DNA of 64,000 nucleotides from Zootoca vivipara (taxonomy: Eukaryota), in the NCBI RefSeq assembly GCF_963506605.1, contig NC_083284.1, positions 16,492,001 to 16,556,000 on the forward strand. Reading direction: 5' to 3'. The translations under genes were made by a program, and so were the position numbers. The notes beneath the pieces are model-generated. The model was given only the letters and a program-made list of their open reading frames with translations, did not search any database and had not been told where the DNA came from. Positions 50,292-63,710 of this stretch are shown piece by piece (within the stretch, counting starts at the first letter, position 1; each line of letters begins with the position of its first letter).

Positions 50292-50680
50292 TACTCCTAA
50301 CTTCTTCCTTTCACTTTCATAAATGAAAAGCAACATGCTCTGCTGTCATTAACTACTGTTAAACCAATCACTTCCATGCCTTTAACACTAAGCAATTTAA
50401 TAGTAGGGTGTAGGTGTTTCTTTTAAGGTGCTTAAAGTGTTTGGCATCTAGTTACTTTTTGTTTCCTTAAATCAATCCTGTTAAACATATTATATTAATA
50501 GTAGATGTATTTCTGTATGACAGGTGGAAGACCCAAGATTGTAAACATAGTATCTTGCATAAGGCCATTTAGTGAGTGAGGTAGGATTTGAACCAGGGAC
50601 TCCTGATTTCTAGCTCAGCCTCTTTGCCACATGTGGTCCACTTGTTTACCTCTATATCTGTGCACTAATTTCTAAGTTAA

Positions 50681-51055
50681 AAAGGTAAAGGACCTCTGGA
50701 TGGTTAAGTTCAGTAAAAGGCGACTATGGGGCACAGTGCTCATCTTGCTTCAGGCTGAGGGAGCTGTTGTTTGTCCACAGACAGCTTTTCGGGTCATGTG
50801 GACAGCATGACTAAACTGCTTCTGACGCAACAGAACACTGTGATGGAAGCCAGGGCACACGGAAACACCGTTTACCTTCCCGCCACAACAGTACCTATTT
50901 ATCTACTTGCACTGGTATGCTTTTGAACTGCAAGATTAGCAGGAGCTGGGACAGAGCAATGGGAGCGCACCCTGTTGGGCGGATTTGAACCGCTGACCTT
51001 CTGATCGGCAAGGCCAAGAGCCTCAGTGGTTTTGATCACAGCGCCACCCGTGTCT
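50681..51055 (-). mobile_element. Sauria SINE (Squam1-type), full length
   Basis: Minus-strand head gacacgggtggcgctgtg...cggttcaaatccg; body gggtcatgtggacagcatgact and gtttaccttcccgcc; (ACCTTT)-type tail. Confidence 0.9.
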
Positions 51056-51264
51056 TTTTCTTCCATAGACAAACACAAAAGCTGTTATTGCAAATGAACC
51101 AAGAACCATATTGGTTGTAAAGCTTCAATAATCCATGTAATATGGAGATATAATAAATCCTTCGTTTTCCCCATGCTCACTGTAAGTATGAAGGTATGAT
51201 CTATGATCAGTTATGTATGTATCACTATGTAGTATCTATGTAACAGTGTAAATATGTAAACAGT

Positions 51265-51506
51265 CAGGGTCAGCAAACTTTTTCAGCAAGGGGCCGGTCC
51301 ACTGTCCCTCAGACCTTGTGGGGGGCCAGACTATATATATATATGAAGGAATTCCTATGCCCCACAAATAACCCAGAGATGCATTTTAAATAAAAGGACA
51401 CATTCTACTCATGTAAAAAACATGCTGATTCCCAGACCGTCCGTGGGCCGGATTTAGAAGGCGATTGGGCCGCATCCGGCCCCCGGGCCTTAGTTTGGTA
51501 ACCCTG
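51265..51506. mobile_element. hAT element, same family as 26348-26707, opposite orientation
   Basis: cagggtcagcaaac...gtttggtaaccctg; single copy of the ~70-bp internal unit. Confidence 0.85.
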
Positions 51507-52785
51507 GTGTAAATACTTAGTATAGCACAGTGCTTTACAAATTATAAGAGTGCAGATCCGTTGTAGTAGCCATTGGGAAAATGAAATTTCATTCTAGTGT
51601 ACTACCAGTGCCAGAATCTCTTTGTATTACAGATCTCTGCAGCCATAATTTTTGTAAGGGGCACACTGAAGAGAAGACAGTGTCACCAGGGACACTTTGG
51701 TCAGGGCTTTTGCCCTTTCCTCCATCCCCATTTTACCATCTTGCCTGAATACTACTATATTCTTTTCCAATTTTGTATTTAAAACATAAAGAAAGTCACA
51801 AGGTGTTTGGTTCAAGTGCTCACAACTCTTTCATAAGCAGCATTTACCTCCTCGCGTGGGCTTAAGCCACTGATCATTTCACTTTTAAACAAAATAGTTG
51901 ATCAATGGGAGCTCAAATCAATTGAGGTTGCTCAGGCATGTCTGAAGGCAGAATATGATCTATCTATATTTAATTAAGCAGATTGGAATGAAACCAAAGT
52001 AGATATAAATTGTTGGTTGCACTGTCCAGGCAAGAGCAATAGTACTTCAGAAGTCATTTAGCTACAGCACTGTAGAAATCTAAGATAATAGAGCTATTGT
52101 TGGGGTTTCAACATTTATACTGCTCATTGAAGTCCAAATTGAAAACCAGTTTTTCATGGGCAAGTTGAATGGAGACAGGAGCATGGACATTGATTCCAGT
52201 CAAAAACTATTGCAGGGGCACTGCCTTTAAATACAAACCATCTACTTTTGTGACACAGCATCTCTTTGATTAAAATTTCATTACCGGTATGTTTGAAAGA
52301 TAATTATCCTGCACTCAGTAAAGAGGAGAGTTAATTTGCATTTTACAGGGAGTTCATTTGTATTTTTTGCCATTAAGCATATCATCCTGACACTTAAAAA
52401 ATGTAGGGCTAAAATTAATACACCTTAAAACTTTTTGATTCGTAACAACAGCAGAAAGTACTGAGTTGTGCACGCAGATTTTCCACGTGGGAATTCTGAA
52501 CTTTGCCTCCAGTCTATGTAGCTGAATAAGAGCTATTTGAAGATAAAAACTTTCCTTGTGACTGCAGTGTGACTAAACACTAGAGATGTTGCTGGAAGTC
52601 CATCTTCCTTGACTTGGAATAGAAATTTTGGGTAAATTGTAATGGTAAGCTCCTGACAGTTTATAGCAAGTAGTGCATTCCATGTGTAAGGATTAGGGTC
52701 AGCAAGGCTGTATTCTGCAAGGCTGGGAGCAACCCGTCCCCTTGCTATAAGAGGGGATTTCAGGAGGATGGGGGAGAAGGGACAT

Positions 52786-52832
52786 GACACAGACACACAC
52801 ACACACAGACACACACACACACACACACACAC
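52786..52832. repeat. (CA)n microsatellite (interrupted)
   Basis: Direct inspection. Confidence 0.9.
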
Positions 52833-53099
52833 CTCACACGCTTCTCCCGCTCCAGAAATGTTTCTTAGCTGTACTTTATAACTCGGATTAAGGGCTGCCT
52901 GCCCTTGTGGGGAGTATTATTAATGTGAGCTCCTAATCACCCCAAGGCTAGCTGCCTGGAGCACTCCTCTTAGTGACTGGGGATACACAGCAAGAATTTG
53001 TTGTGTTTCAACTTACATAGAGTAATATTCAAATAGTGCCAGGCACTAGAGTTCATTAAAGAAAAAAAACCCTGAAATGTATAGTGTACCATCATTTCA

Positions 53100-53290
53100 G
53101 TGCGGTGAAGTGGTTAAGGGTGTTGGACTTGGGCCAAGAAGATATGGGTTCAAATTCCTACTCGGTCATGAGGCTCACTAGGTAACTTTGCCCTATGACT
53201 CTCTCAGCCTGGTTGTTTTGAGGATAAAACGAAGAGGAAGGAACCCCGTACACTGCCTTGAGCTCTTTGGCAGGAAGGAGAGACATACAT
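53100..53290 (+). mobile_element. Old MIR/Ther1-like SINE
   Basis: gtgaagtggttaagggtgttggact...gggttcaaattcc...ctcactaggtaactttg...gccttgagctc. Confidence 0.65.
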
Positions 53291-54279
53291 TTGTCCCTAT
53301 TCCCTTCCCCCATGTTTACGTAACTGTAAAAGTAACATCTGAAAAGTGCTTAGGTTAGTTAGCTGTTAGAGAGAATGACAAATGTGATATGGATCTATTA
53401 GATCAAATCAAGTAATGTTTACATTCTTTTTTGTAATTTGTACAATTTCACATCATATTTTTCTCTGTGAAGAATTTGGCTGCATAAATCAGAGTTTGGT
53501 TTTTATTTTGCTTTTGCCTTTGGGCCTGCATTAAAAAATATCCCTGGTAACAATGTTGCTGCCATTGTTACTATAACAATAATCTATAATTAAATTTATC
53601 TAAATGTTCTGTGCCCATGACAGTAAGTGAAGGACGAGAATAACAATTATTTTCTACAATATCTCTTGAGATTCAGTCAGCAAATGTATGCTTCCGTTTT
53701 GCCTGCATTTGTCTTTGTAAAGCTGAACATAACGTGGCAGGACAGCATTTTATTGGGGGATGAGGGGGGAGAATTCCCTTGATGAGTTTTCTGGATGATA
53801 GGCCTATCATTACACACTATTTTCTCCTTTGTTTTGTTTCATTATGACAAGTAATCAACAGTCCTCCATTTGGCATATTATGTGCTTAGGGATGACTTGC
53901 ACAATAGAAATACCTTTAAATGTCACTTACATAAAGGAGCACAAGGGTATAAATCCAGTTAAGGAAGTGAAATGGAATTTGTAGCAGAAAAGATGCTGAA
54001 TCAAATTACATGGTATCTAATTTCCAAAGATAGTTGTTGCAGCATACTGAGTAGCTGCACTGTGTTAGCTGAAGCAGAATCCGGACAAGTCCATCTTCCT
54101 CCTCCTCTTCCATCTTCTTTTGGTAATTACAGCTGACTGTATGTACTTAAAACCATAGTCCTTGTCACAGTTTGCAAAAGGGCAACATGGATACAAAGGA
54201 ACTGGGGTTTTTTGTGCTTAACCCTGCTTTTGATGTTTCCCCAAATGCTGGGTTCTTATATATTAAACAGAATCCCTTC

Positions 54280-54435
54280 TCTAAGTGCCTCATCTGAAGG
54301 AGGCTTTGGGGGTGATAGCAAGGAAGAGGGCCTTCTTAGTTGTGGCTCCCCATCTGTGGAATGCTCTCCCCTGTGAGGTCTGCCAGGTGCCTTCACTGAC
54401 ATCGGCCAGGTAAAGACTTACTTTCCCCCAGACTT
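54280..54435 (+). mobile_element. L2 3' fragment
   Basis: agggccttcttagttgtggctccccatctgtggaatgctctcccc encodes RAF.VVAPHLWNALP. Confidence 0.65.
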
Positions 54436-55479
54436 TTGATGGACAAAACTGATACTGTTTTATTGTTAGTTTGCTGCCAAAGTTTCCTAGGGTTCTTACA
54501 AGGGAGGGAGCCCATTTTGTGTGTGTGTGTTGTATGAAAAGTGCTAATGCTAATTTCCTTTCTTTGTCCCTATGGTATAATGTATTGCTGTTTACCTATA
54601 TTTTCAAATATAATATGCTTAATAGGTTTAATAAATGGTTAGTAGTAATAATGAATTTGGTCTCAGGGTTACATATGCGACTCTGCAGACGGTTTGTACC
54701 CTTGTTCCTATTTTTCCTTCTTTAGAATTAATAGCTACTGTTCTTGTGTGTTTGGAAATTTAGCAGGCTTGTAGCAGACAAATTAACAATGTGATACAGC
54801 AAAAATGCCAACTCCCCTTCAGTTTTGCACCTGTCTCCAGCACCTATAAAAGTATTGTTAGACAGTTTCACAGCTGTAATTGTAGTGGAAATGTAGGTGT
54901 AGGATGTGTTAGCATTCAATTTCCGAGGGATAGTTTTCAGTGTGGGAGGTGAGCCTCCATAATGAGTGAATGGGGATAAGATACTGTTCATAGAGAACAG
55001 GGCTGGCTTTGAATTCCAGGTGCTTATTGGTCAGGTTCCCTCTGTTGGGTTTCTCGATGGTGCTGAGCTTCCCACTATGCAGCAATGGAGCATTGCTCCA
55101 GAATGCTGTGGTGCTGAGGCCAAGGAAGCTCAAGAGGCAGTTGATGGAAAGCAGGAGCAGGAGCTGCATGACACTTTGGGGAAAGGTATATTATGCTGCA
55201 ATAAAAACCCCTTTTGTCTCAGGTCCATGGAGTGACATCCGGGTCACCTCACTGGCAGAGGACTCTGTGTCCTGCTCAGTGAATGCACATTGTAGTGGCT
55301 TGAAGTGCCCTCAGTGAAGGGCTGATAGTTCTGCCAGCTCCAGCTTGGAACAGCACTTCGCTTCTCCCTTGCCTTCTGCCTCAGCTGGCATGAATGCAAA
55401 CACAGTGGATATTGTAGTAGCCCTGCCAATTCATGAAACCTCACCGCTCCACAAGCCAGCCCACTGGGGTTTCGATTTT

Positions 55480-55785
55480 AGCCTTAACGTGATACTGCTT
55501 TCTTGTGCTGTGATTATGCCTTGCATATTTAGTCACAGACAATGCTAAATTCGGGGTATTGTTGTATGGGCAGCCCAGGACCTCCGTACACACTGCCCAG
55601 GCTTGCGCCCCAAAGAAGTCACTTTGGTACTGCTGATGCAGCAAAAACAATGTGAGAGGCAGCAGTTACAAGTTACTGGTCTCTGCAGCCACAGTGTGTG
55701 CACTGTGATTCTCCAGCGGTTTGGCTTCGCTCCCAGAGGCACACTCCATTGTCTCTTGAGGCAGATGGATATTAACGACAACTGT
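55480..55785 (+). mobile_element. RTE-clade (non-BovB) LINE 3' fragment
   Basis: Tail ggtttggcttcgctcccagaggcacactccattgtctcttgaggcagatggat, homologous to 57135-57200. Confidence 0.6.
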
Positions 55786-56989
55786 GGAATATCTTTTGGT
55801 AATGTGTATTTTGTTGTTCATACATGTTTCTGGAAAAAAAAAATAAACAGAAGTGATTATGACAGTGGTAGTAGTGGTCATAAAACAATGATAAATCTAG
55901 ATGCCCTTGGAACATATGTTATGTTCTGACTGTGTAATAATAATAATAATAATAATAATCCAGTAACTAACTAGTGTCTTTTATTCATTATTTACTTCAG
56001 CTTTATCTCTTTTGAAATTGTACCACTAGCTGTTTTATGCAGAATGAAAGCTTTCAGGTTTTACTGTAAATTTTACAAGCCTGTCCCCTATTCACAGACA
56101 TATATAGGGGGTCTGTTAAAAATAATAATTATGTACCAGTTATTCTCCAGCTACTAAAAGAATGCTGTAATTATACTTCTTTATATAAAGTTGCAATATC
56201 TTATTGTACATGAATAAGTCATACAAAAATATTATTATTGTTCTTATCATCATCGTTATTATTATTATTATTGCACAATACATCCATTGTAATGTCCTTT
56301 TGTGGATGTTTTCGTTGTTGAACCTAACCTGCAGAACTTAAAACATAAAATACTCAGGTGGGGAACATTCCAAAAGGAAGAATAAGCAAGGTTTCCCTAA
56401 CCAGGTGCCTTCCAGATGTTTTAGCCTACTACTCACATCGGTGCCAGCCAGCACAATCTGAACAACGTTAGTTCTTTATATGTTTTGATTGGGGGGGGGT
56501 GAGGAAAGGAAGGGAGGTTAGTAGGTGAGGATATATCCAAAACTGTTGGAATTGATAATAATATACCGGCTTTAAGTTATTTTATCTATCAGGGCTGAAC
56601 TCTTTAATATTGTGGTCTTAAGTAATGGTAGAATTAATACATTTATACCCAGCAATCATAAAAGAAAACAACATTTGCTTCATAATAGAACCTTAAACTT
56701 AGAGCAGCATAATGCTATTTTAGAAGTGTGAATGAAGTTTTCATTTACTTTAATATCTGCCTATGTAGCTGTTTATATTTGATTCTGGTATTTCGGGGCG
56801 GGGTGTGTGTGTGTGTGAAGAGAATGTAGCAATAATGTCTGATGACCCAGCAATGCTGTGCTTAGTTTGATCTCTAGAATATATTTATTGATTCCTATAG
56901 AAAAATAATTAATCAGTGTTATGCCTGAAAGGCATCAATGTACGACTTACAGAAACCATTAAAAAAACACTTTAAATAGCAGTTAGGAA

Positions 56990-57205
56990 AACAGTGAATT
57001 CTACAAGAGAGATACCTACACATCTATGGTGCACCTGTAGCAGCAAAACCAGGCACCTGCATCTGCCCCACCTGCAATGAAACATGTCTCTCCCGTATTG
57101 ATATCTGTAGCCACTGCAGGCTCTGTAACTCTCCAATGGTTTGACTTTACTCTCAAAAGCACACTCCTCCATTGTCTCCCAAGACAGATGGATGCCAACA
57201 GCAGT
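56990..57205 (+). mobile_element. RTE-clade (non-BovB) LINE 3' fragment
   Basis: Encodes ICPTCNETCLSRIDICSHCRLC (RTE C-terminal Cys/His motif); tail ccattgtctcccaagacagatggatgccaac. Confidence 0.65.
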
Positions 57206-57647
57206 CAGCCATCTAAACATTTCTGTACACCTCTCCATCTGCAATGCAGACAAGCAAAGAGGCATTGTTAGAGTCCAAGGACACATTCCAGCCCGACAAA
57301 AGCACTTGGGGAGAGTACAGAGTAGGGCAAAAGAGGGTTTTTTCTTGCAGAGTGGACATGGCATTGGAGAATCCTAAAGGATGGGTAGAGAACCATAGAG
57401 GGCTACGTTTGGCCCCTGGACCTTTGGTGCATCAACCCCGCCTTACAAATTACAATGCAATTTAATCCTGATGCCAGGTTTGTACCAAATGCTGCTTAGA
57501 ATGTTAACTGTACTAGCAGTAAGTCTCCTTGTTACATTTTTGAGAATAGCACTACTGGGTTTTGCATTATATCTTGCCATAACAGTGCTCTGATTCACAT
57601 AATAATTGCCGCTACTTAAATGTTTCCACACAATAGTTGCTAGATAA

Positions 57648-57975
57648 TATTATTTATTTATTTATAATACCCCACCCATCTGGCTGGGTTTCCCCAGCTA
57701 TTCTGGGTGGCTCACAGCATATATTGAAACATACTAAAGCATCAAACATTTAAAACGTCCCGATACAGGGCTGCCTTCAGATTTCTTCTAAAAGTCAGCT
57801 AGTTGTTTATTTCCTTGACATCTGAAGGGAGGATGTTCCACAGGGAGGGTGCCACTACTGAGAAGGCCCTCTGCCTGGTTCCCTGTAGCTTCACTTCTCA
57901 CAGTGAGGGAACCGCCAGAAGGCCCTTGGAGGAGGAGCTCAGTGTCCGGGCTAAATGATGAGGGTGGAGACTTTT
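57648..57975 (-). mobile_element. L2 3' fragment
   Basis: Homologous to 23560-23880 (cagggctgccttcagat...gagaaggccctctgcctggttccctg). Confidence 0.85.
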
Positions 57976-59869
57976 TCACCTTTTTACATTATTTTACATT
58001 ATTTTTACATTACATTACATTATTTTTACATGAGCATGTCATTGCTCATGTAGGAAAACCTGCATAGCACATAGACTATGGATATCCATAATCTGTCGGG
58101 GGGGGGGAACCCCTGCTTTTCCCGCATCTCTTTACTGGGGTCACTTTTACACATTTCAGCACACTGTTTTCTTTGGAACATTTCAAACATGTGTACATCC
58201 ACTGCGACAGCATTCTTATTATTTTGTTATGCTGATGATGTTGCCTTTTAATATTGGCATCATCCAAGAACTCCCATGAATGTCATTGAGAGTTCTGCAG
58301 AAAGTGGTACGGAGTCAAAGTTGTCATCCATTTTAGTTCATCTTCGCTGCTCAACAATAGGCTTTGATGTACAGCAGAGCACAGTTTGCTCTAGCCGATG
58401 GTTCTGCAAACCTAGCAGGGTCCAGTTAAACAGAGAGATTTCCTGAAATCAACCTCCCCCCCCCAAAAGAAAAAAAAAACCCTCACCATAAGCACCACCC
58501 ATGTTGTGGTCTTGGCTTCAACAATGGTGAGCAGCATTCTCCCCCCCCCCCAAAAAAAAAGTAAGGGCAGAACTGAATTGACTTAATGATACTATGTGCC
58601 TTCATTCACTTATGCTTCCTCCCTCACTTTAGAGTCTTGTGGGGGCAAATGGTATTCACTAGCAACTGGGAGCATAGTTGCTGTTGCTGGTAAGCTTTAT
58701 CAATACTTTCCATCCGTTCATAACCCTGCCCCCTTCTAACTTTGCATCCTGTGAACAGTTGGATAAGTTTGGGGACATTTTGGCTCAGAAGTACTACTAC
58801 TATTCCTGCTTTTTTTTTTTTTTTAAAAAAAAGAATTCCATGTATACAGCAGAAAGTAATTAAATGAACATCCAGAAATACAAGTGTCTAAAATGACTCT
58901 GAATATATAAGACTAGATTTATCAAATGCAGAAAGCTAAGCCCTTGTAAAATTCCCACTTGGCAAAGTGTGATTTTACACATAATGAACTGTTGCGTTTA
59001 TTGTACTTTTTATTCATGTACAATAAATGAAAGCTGTTGCTTCCATTTGCCATGATTTCCTTTGGAAGCAACGACTCCCAAGACAGCAGAACACCAAAGA
59101 AATTGACGTTTATAATTGATTTTGACACTGTCTCTTTTACAATATTGTAATGTTTTCAATTTCTGTCTATGTAAATTTGAAATGCATGAATGTGTTTAGC
59201 ATATTGATTATGAAATTCTTTGTAATCTTTCCCCCCATAGTCTGAAAATTAGGCAGCAGTATAATAAATTGATATTTGTGTTTTTAGGATGATTGTGTAT
59301 TATCTTCAAATAATCTTTGCACAGCAAAGTCTGGAAAGGTAGTGTCTACTGCTATTCGAGTTTTAAGTACTGTATTACTGTTTGGTAGAAAACCAGTAAT
59401 AGCCCCACTGATTTTACTTCAATGTAAGTATTTCTGCCCACACTTTGACAAGTGGCAGCTACTAGGTTGATGGTTTTTCACTTGTAGTACAATCTTAGGT
59501 ATATTTACACAAAAGAAATTCTATTTGTTTTCATTGGTACTCACATTATAAAAGCAGCAGCATTGAACTATTCATAAATTCCTATACTGTAGTCACATTT
59601 CCCTTCACCCAAATGCTTGCCAGAAGAAATGTGTCTTCATTTGTTTCTTAAAATAAAATAATAAAAGGTGGCTGCTACCGGTAGGTGCACCTCTGTGGGG
59701 AGAACACTCCACAGGTGTGGGGATACCACAGAGAAGGCACTTCCAATTTCACCGGGGCTGCACATTTTATCCTGTGCTGAGACCACTGGTTGGGTCTTCT
59801 CCACTGACCTTAAGGTGCAGGCAGCTTGGTTCCAAATATTGGGAGGCTTCCAAAGTTTTCAGGCAGCAA

Positions 59870-60023
59870 TGCTTCCAAAGACCAGTTGCTGGAAACCACA
59901 GGAGGGGAGAGTGTTCTTGTGCTCATGTGGTGCCCCATGTGCATATGGATGGCCACTGCGAGAACAAGATGGTGGACTAGAATGGGCCATTGGCCTGATC
60001 CAGCAGCTATTCTTATGTTCTTA
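59870..60023 (+). mobile_element. CR1-type 3' tail
   Basis: accagttgctggaaaccacaggaggggagagtg...ggactagaatgggccattggcctgatccagcagctattcttatgttctta. Confidence 0.7.
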
Positions 60024-60047
60024 CCTGGAATATCCTTATGGTGTGTA

Positions 60048-60925
60048 TAGTGAGGTGAAGTAAGAATATTCTCTGCTAGAAAATTCTCCAGAGAATATTA
60101 ACCACAAACTGTAAATTCTAATGTAAGAACCAGTTTTGCAACCCACATTTAAAAAATCTAGTGAATAATAAGTCAAGCTGTGATATTGCCAGTGTAAGTA
60201 ATGAATAATGATTATTATTATTTTGATCCAGTTACATTAGTGGCCATTGTGTCACTCACCATTGGCAGTTCTGAAATGTGAACTACAGAAAACATTTTCT
60301 TTTCTTTTTTAGTTTTAAAAATGCTATTCATTTAATTTGATGAACATTTGAATTTGTATGTATTTCAACTACAGTATATGTAATAGCCTTTTTCTATTTT
60401 GGTGTGACCTTATTCTTAGCAATTCTATACCCTTGGCCATACAGTGTGATCTGCCCCCCCCCCCCCGGAAAGTAGTTAAAATGCTTTATACACTTAAAGT
60501 ACCTATGCCTGCCTATACAATTATGTGTAACAGCATGTGAGGTGGCCTTGATTTAAACAGTTGATGTTTCTATATTTTTATATAGTGCCAGGAACTGGTT
60601 TTTGCAGTGCCATTCAATGGTACAAGGTGCCATTTACCAGAGATTGACATACTGAAATATGTCATATAATAATAATATATTTAATGTTAATGGGTTCTTT
60701 TTTATATGTATGCATATAGTTTTGTTTATCAAGCTGTGTTTTAGTCACCAAAACAGTTATTAAGGGTTAGAGCTATTAGAAGAACAAGATAGCCTATGCA
60801 TTAAAATTGTATCATTTACAATGCATTAAAATGAATATTCTCCTATTTTAAATGAAAATTCTCTAATATTCTCATTAATCAAGAATATTCTCCAAAAGAT
60901 TATTCTCGGGAATTTAACACCACTA
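60048..60925. mobile_element. Non-autonomous hAT element (878 bp)
   Basis: TAGTG...CACTA termini; perfect 8-bp TSD ggtgtgta (60040-60047 and 60926-60933); GAATATTCTC subterminal repeats. Confidence 0.8.
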
Positions 60926-61121
60926 GGTGTGTATGTATCTGTTTCTGAACTTCAAAAGTTAGCATAGTCAAAACTCTGCTGCTTTAAACAAGAATGAAGT
61001 TTGAATCTTTGACTTCTTTTTAAATAGCGTACACCTAGTGTCACATTTCAGATACTACAAACTGTGTTTCAAAGTCCCCTCAGTCTGAGAAGTGGTTTGG
61101 TATGTGCCACAGGTGTGGGGT

Positions 61122-61191
61122 AGAATCACAGAGTTGTAGAGTTGCAAAGAACCCCAAGGGTCATGTAGTCCAACCCCTGCAATGCCAGAAT
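61122..61191 (-). mobile_element. CR1/SINE 3' tail remnant
   Basis: Reverse complement of attc.ggcattgcaggggttggactacatgaccc...caactctacaactctgtgattct. Confidence 0.7.
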
Positions 61192-61197
61192 AGATAT

Positions 61198-61678
61198 TCT
61201 CAGAGGGTCGTCGTGGCTACTCTAGAGTAACTCCGCTTAGAGTCTAGTTTGTCTTTAAAGACTTTTATTGTGCAAAGTATTTACAGTGCAGAGACAGCTT
61301 AAAACATGACCTCAGTCCGAATCAGAATCCGGCAATGGCGTATGTCTGTTCCTATGCCAGCAAAGTAGTCTGGGCACCCCAAAACGCCTCCCCCTTGACC
61401 TGTGTTGCGGTGCTCTCCTTAACTCTTGCGCCGGAAGGAGCGATGCCCTCTCAGCCTCCTCCCGGTCAGGGCAGTGGAAGGGCTCTCCAGCATCCTTGAG
61501 CCCTTGCCTACATCTCTCCTCCCCTGAGCTTTCCCATCGCTCTGCACGCCGGCTTCTCTCTCCCTCCGAGTCTCTCCTCTCTCCCCTGGCTGCTTCAGAC
61601 CCACTGCTGTTCCCTGTGCTTGGCGAGGTGGATGTTAGGATGATGGGGGCTGGCTCCCTGTAGGGAGTCACCCTTACA
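61198..61678 (-). mobile_element. Solo LTR (Gypsy/ERV-like), 481 bp
   Basis: Minus strand begins TGTAAGGG, has AATAAAA near 61263-61269 and ends ccctctgaga (CA apparently mutated); 5-bp TSD gatat/gatgt. Confidence 0.7.
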
Positions 61679-62485
61679 GATGTTGATTGAGAACTTCAAG
61701 CCCTAAGCCTTCTTGGGCATATTGAATTGATTGCACAGTTCTTTGGACCTGGTCAAATTGTGAATTTCTGAGGGGAATGTAAGAGCAACGTAATCAGAAT
61801 TTCATCAAAATAGTTTCCTGACTTCTATAAAGGATCATTGAAAGTCTCACATATCAGATATGTGGTGGGTATTTTTCTTTTATTTTTGGTCAAATCCTTT
61901 CCTTTCCTGTGTCTTTGACCTTTAACCTGTGATTTAAAGAAAAACCATTATGGGCCTTCTGAAATTTTGCATAAATACCATTCTTTCTATTCTGCTTTGC
62001 CAAATCTGGATTTTGAGACATAGCTGAAGGTGCTGACTGAAGTGTTTTTGTCAAACAGTGGCAGCTGTTCAGCAGTTCCTATTGCTTGGCTAATGCTTCG
62101 GGACCAGCAGATTATTTAGATTTCATTAACATTTAATTAGCCCACAGCACCTATGTCTTACCAAGTGACAGATGGAGGAAGAGAACATAATGGCCATCTT
62201 ACCGTTGTTTGGTTTTTTAATTTACTATTTACAAACTGTTCTCCTGAGTGTTGCCCCCGTATCATAATTTGGCATGAAGCTATTTTATACCTTAATTTAA
62301 TTGGCTAATGGACATCAAAGCTTATGCTAAAAAATAACACATCTTTGTAACACTTTTTTTTAGAAAAATGCTTGATAATCAGTTGGGTGTCCTTCAACAT
62401 GTCAGTTCCTTGCTAGGAAGATATAAATGATAACCAACCAACCCCCTTCAAATTACATCTAAACATACAAATTATTGTAAGTTTC

Positions 62486-62736
62486 AGAGCCAGTGTGGTG
62501 CAGCGGTTAAGAGCGGTAGACTCATAATCTGGGGAACCGGGTTCGCGTCTCCGCTCCTCCACATGCAGCTGCTGGGTGACCTTGGGCTAGTCACACTTCT
62601 CTGAAGTCTCTCAGACCCACCCACCTTACAGGGTGTTTGTTGTGGGGGAGGAGGGGAAAGGAGATTGTTAGCCGCTTTGAGACTCCTTCGGGTAGTGATA
62701 AAGCGGGATATCAAATCCAAACTCTTCTTCTTCTTC
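62486..62736 (+). mobile_element. Ther1/MIR-derived SINE (Squam3-type), young copy
   Basis: Near-identical to 29032-29285; CpGs retained; (CTT)n tail. Confidence 0.88.
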
Positions 62737-63663
62737 CAAACTCAGTGTGTGGATTGAAATAATATTGGTTACCTATGTGATCTGATCAGCTGCATAGTTA
62801 ATATAGATAAGAGTAATGAGTTTCGGGTTTCAGAGAGAAATGCTTCCTGGTGTAAATTTGAAAATTGCTAACATTACTTAGGAGTAGTTAATTTCCAAAG
62901 CAATACATAATTTGTCTGTTATGTAGAACAGCAGGAAATTAATTCCCATGAACAATTCTGCCGACCCTGTAGTAATTAGAGGGTGGTGGAGGAATGTAAT
63001 TGTATTCCTACTTGGGTTGCCTGAATTCCAGGGATAATAATCTCCAGTTTCTGTTTTTTTAGACTGAACATTGGTGGGGTAGAAATATTTCTGCAAAACA
63101 CATTGTGCAGGTAGTCATCAGGTTTTGTTGTTGTTTCCTCAAGACTCACAGAAGCTTCCAGAAATATCCTCTGCTGTCCTAGGGGGAACTCTGAGGTATC
63201 TGATCATTCATCATATATTCAAAGAATGTAATAAATACAAAGTACTGGTCCCTTTTAACTGGCACTGTCCCTTGATCTGTTTGCCATCTCCCCAACAAGA
63301 GCAATCAACCAGTCAATCATATCTGGAAACAAAGAGTGCATAATCATTCTGATAGGTTTGGAAATAAGACATTTCTAGAAGCTTGTGGAACTTGCTGAAA
63401 GTAGCCTTCCCAAACTTGATTTTATCAGTTAATTGGAGTCATTTCTGCTGTAAGTTACACTCATTTCCATCCCATTATTTTTGGCAATTAGTTGCAACAG
63501 CAGGTAAAATCTGTGTGTAGGGGAAAATGATTTTTTTTTATGAAATAGCTATTATTTTCTTTGACTGAAAATGGGTGACATGAAGGTTCAGGTCCCTGCA
63601 GGTAAACAGATAAAAGGTAACAAGACTCCAAACTCTGTCAGCACTTTTGGACATCTATCAATC

Positions 63664-63709
<46 letters not shown>
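63664..63709. repeat. (TAT)n microsatellite
   Basis: Direct inspection; explains the poly-Tyr ORF. Confidence 0.95.
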
Positions 63710-63710
<1 letters not shown>

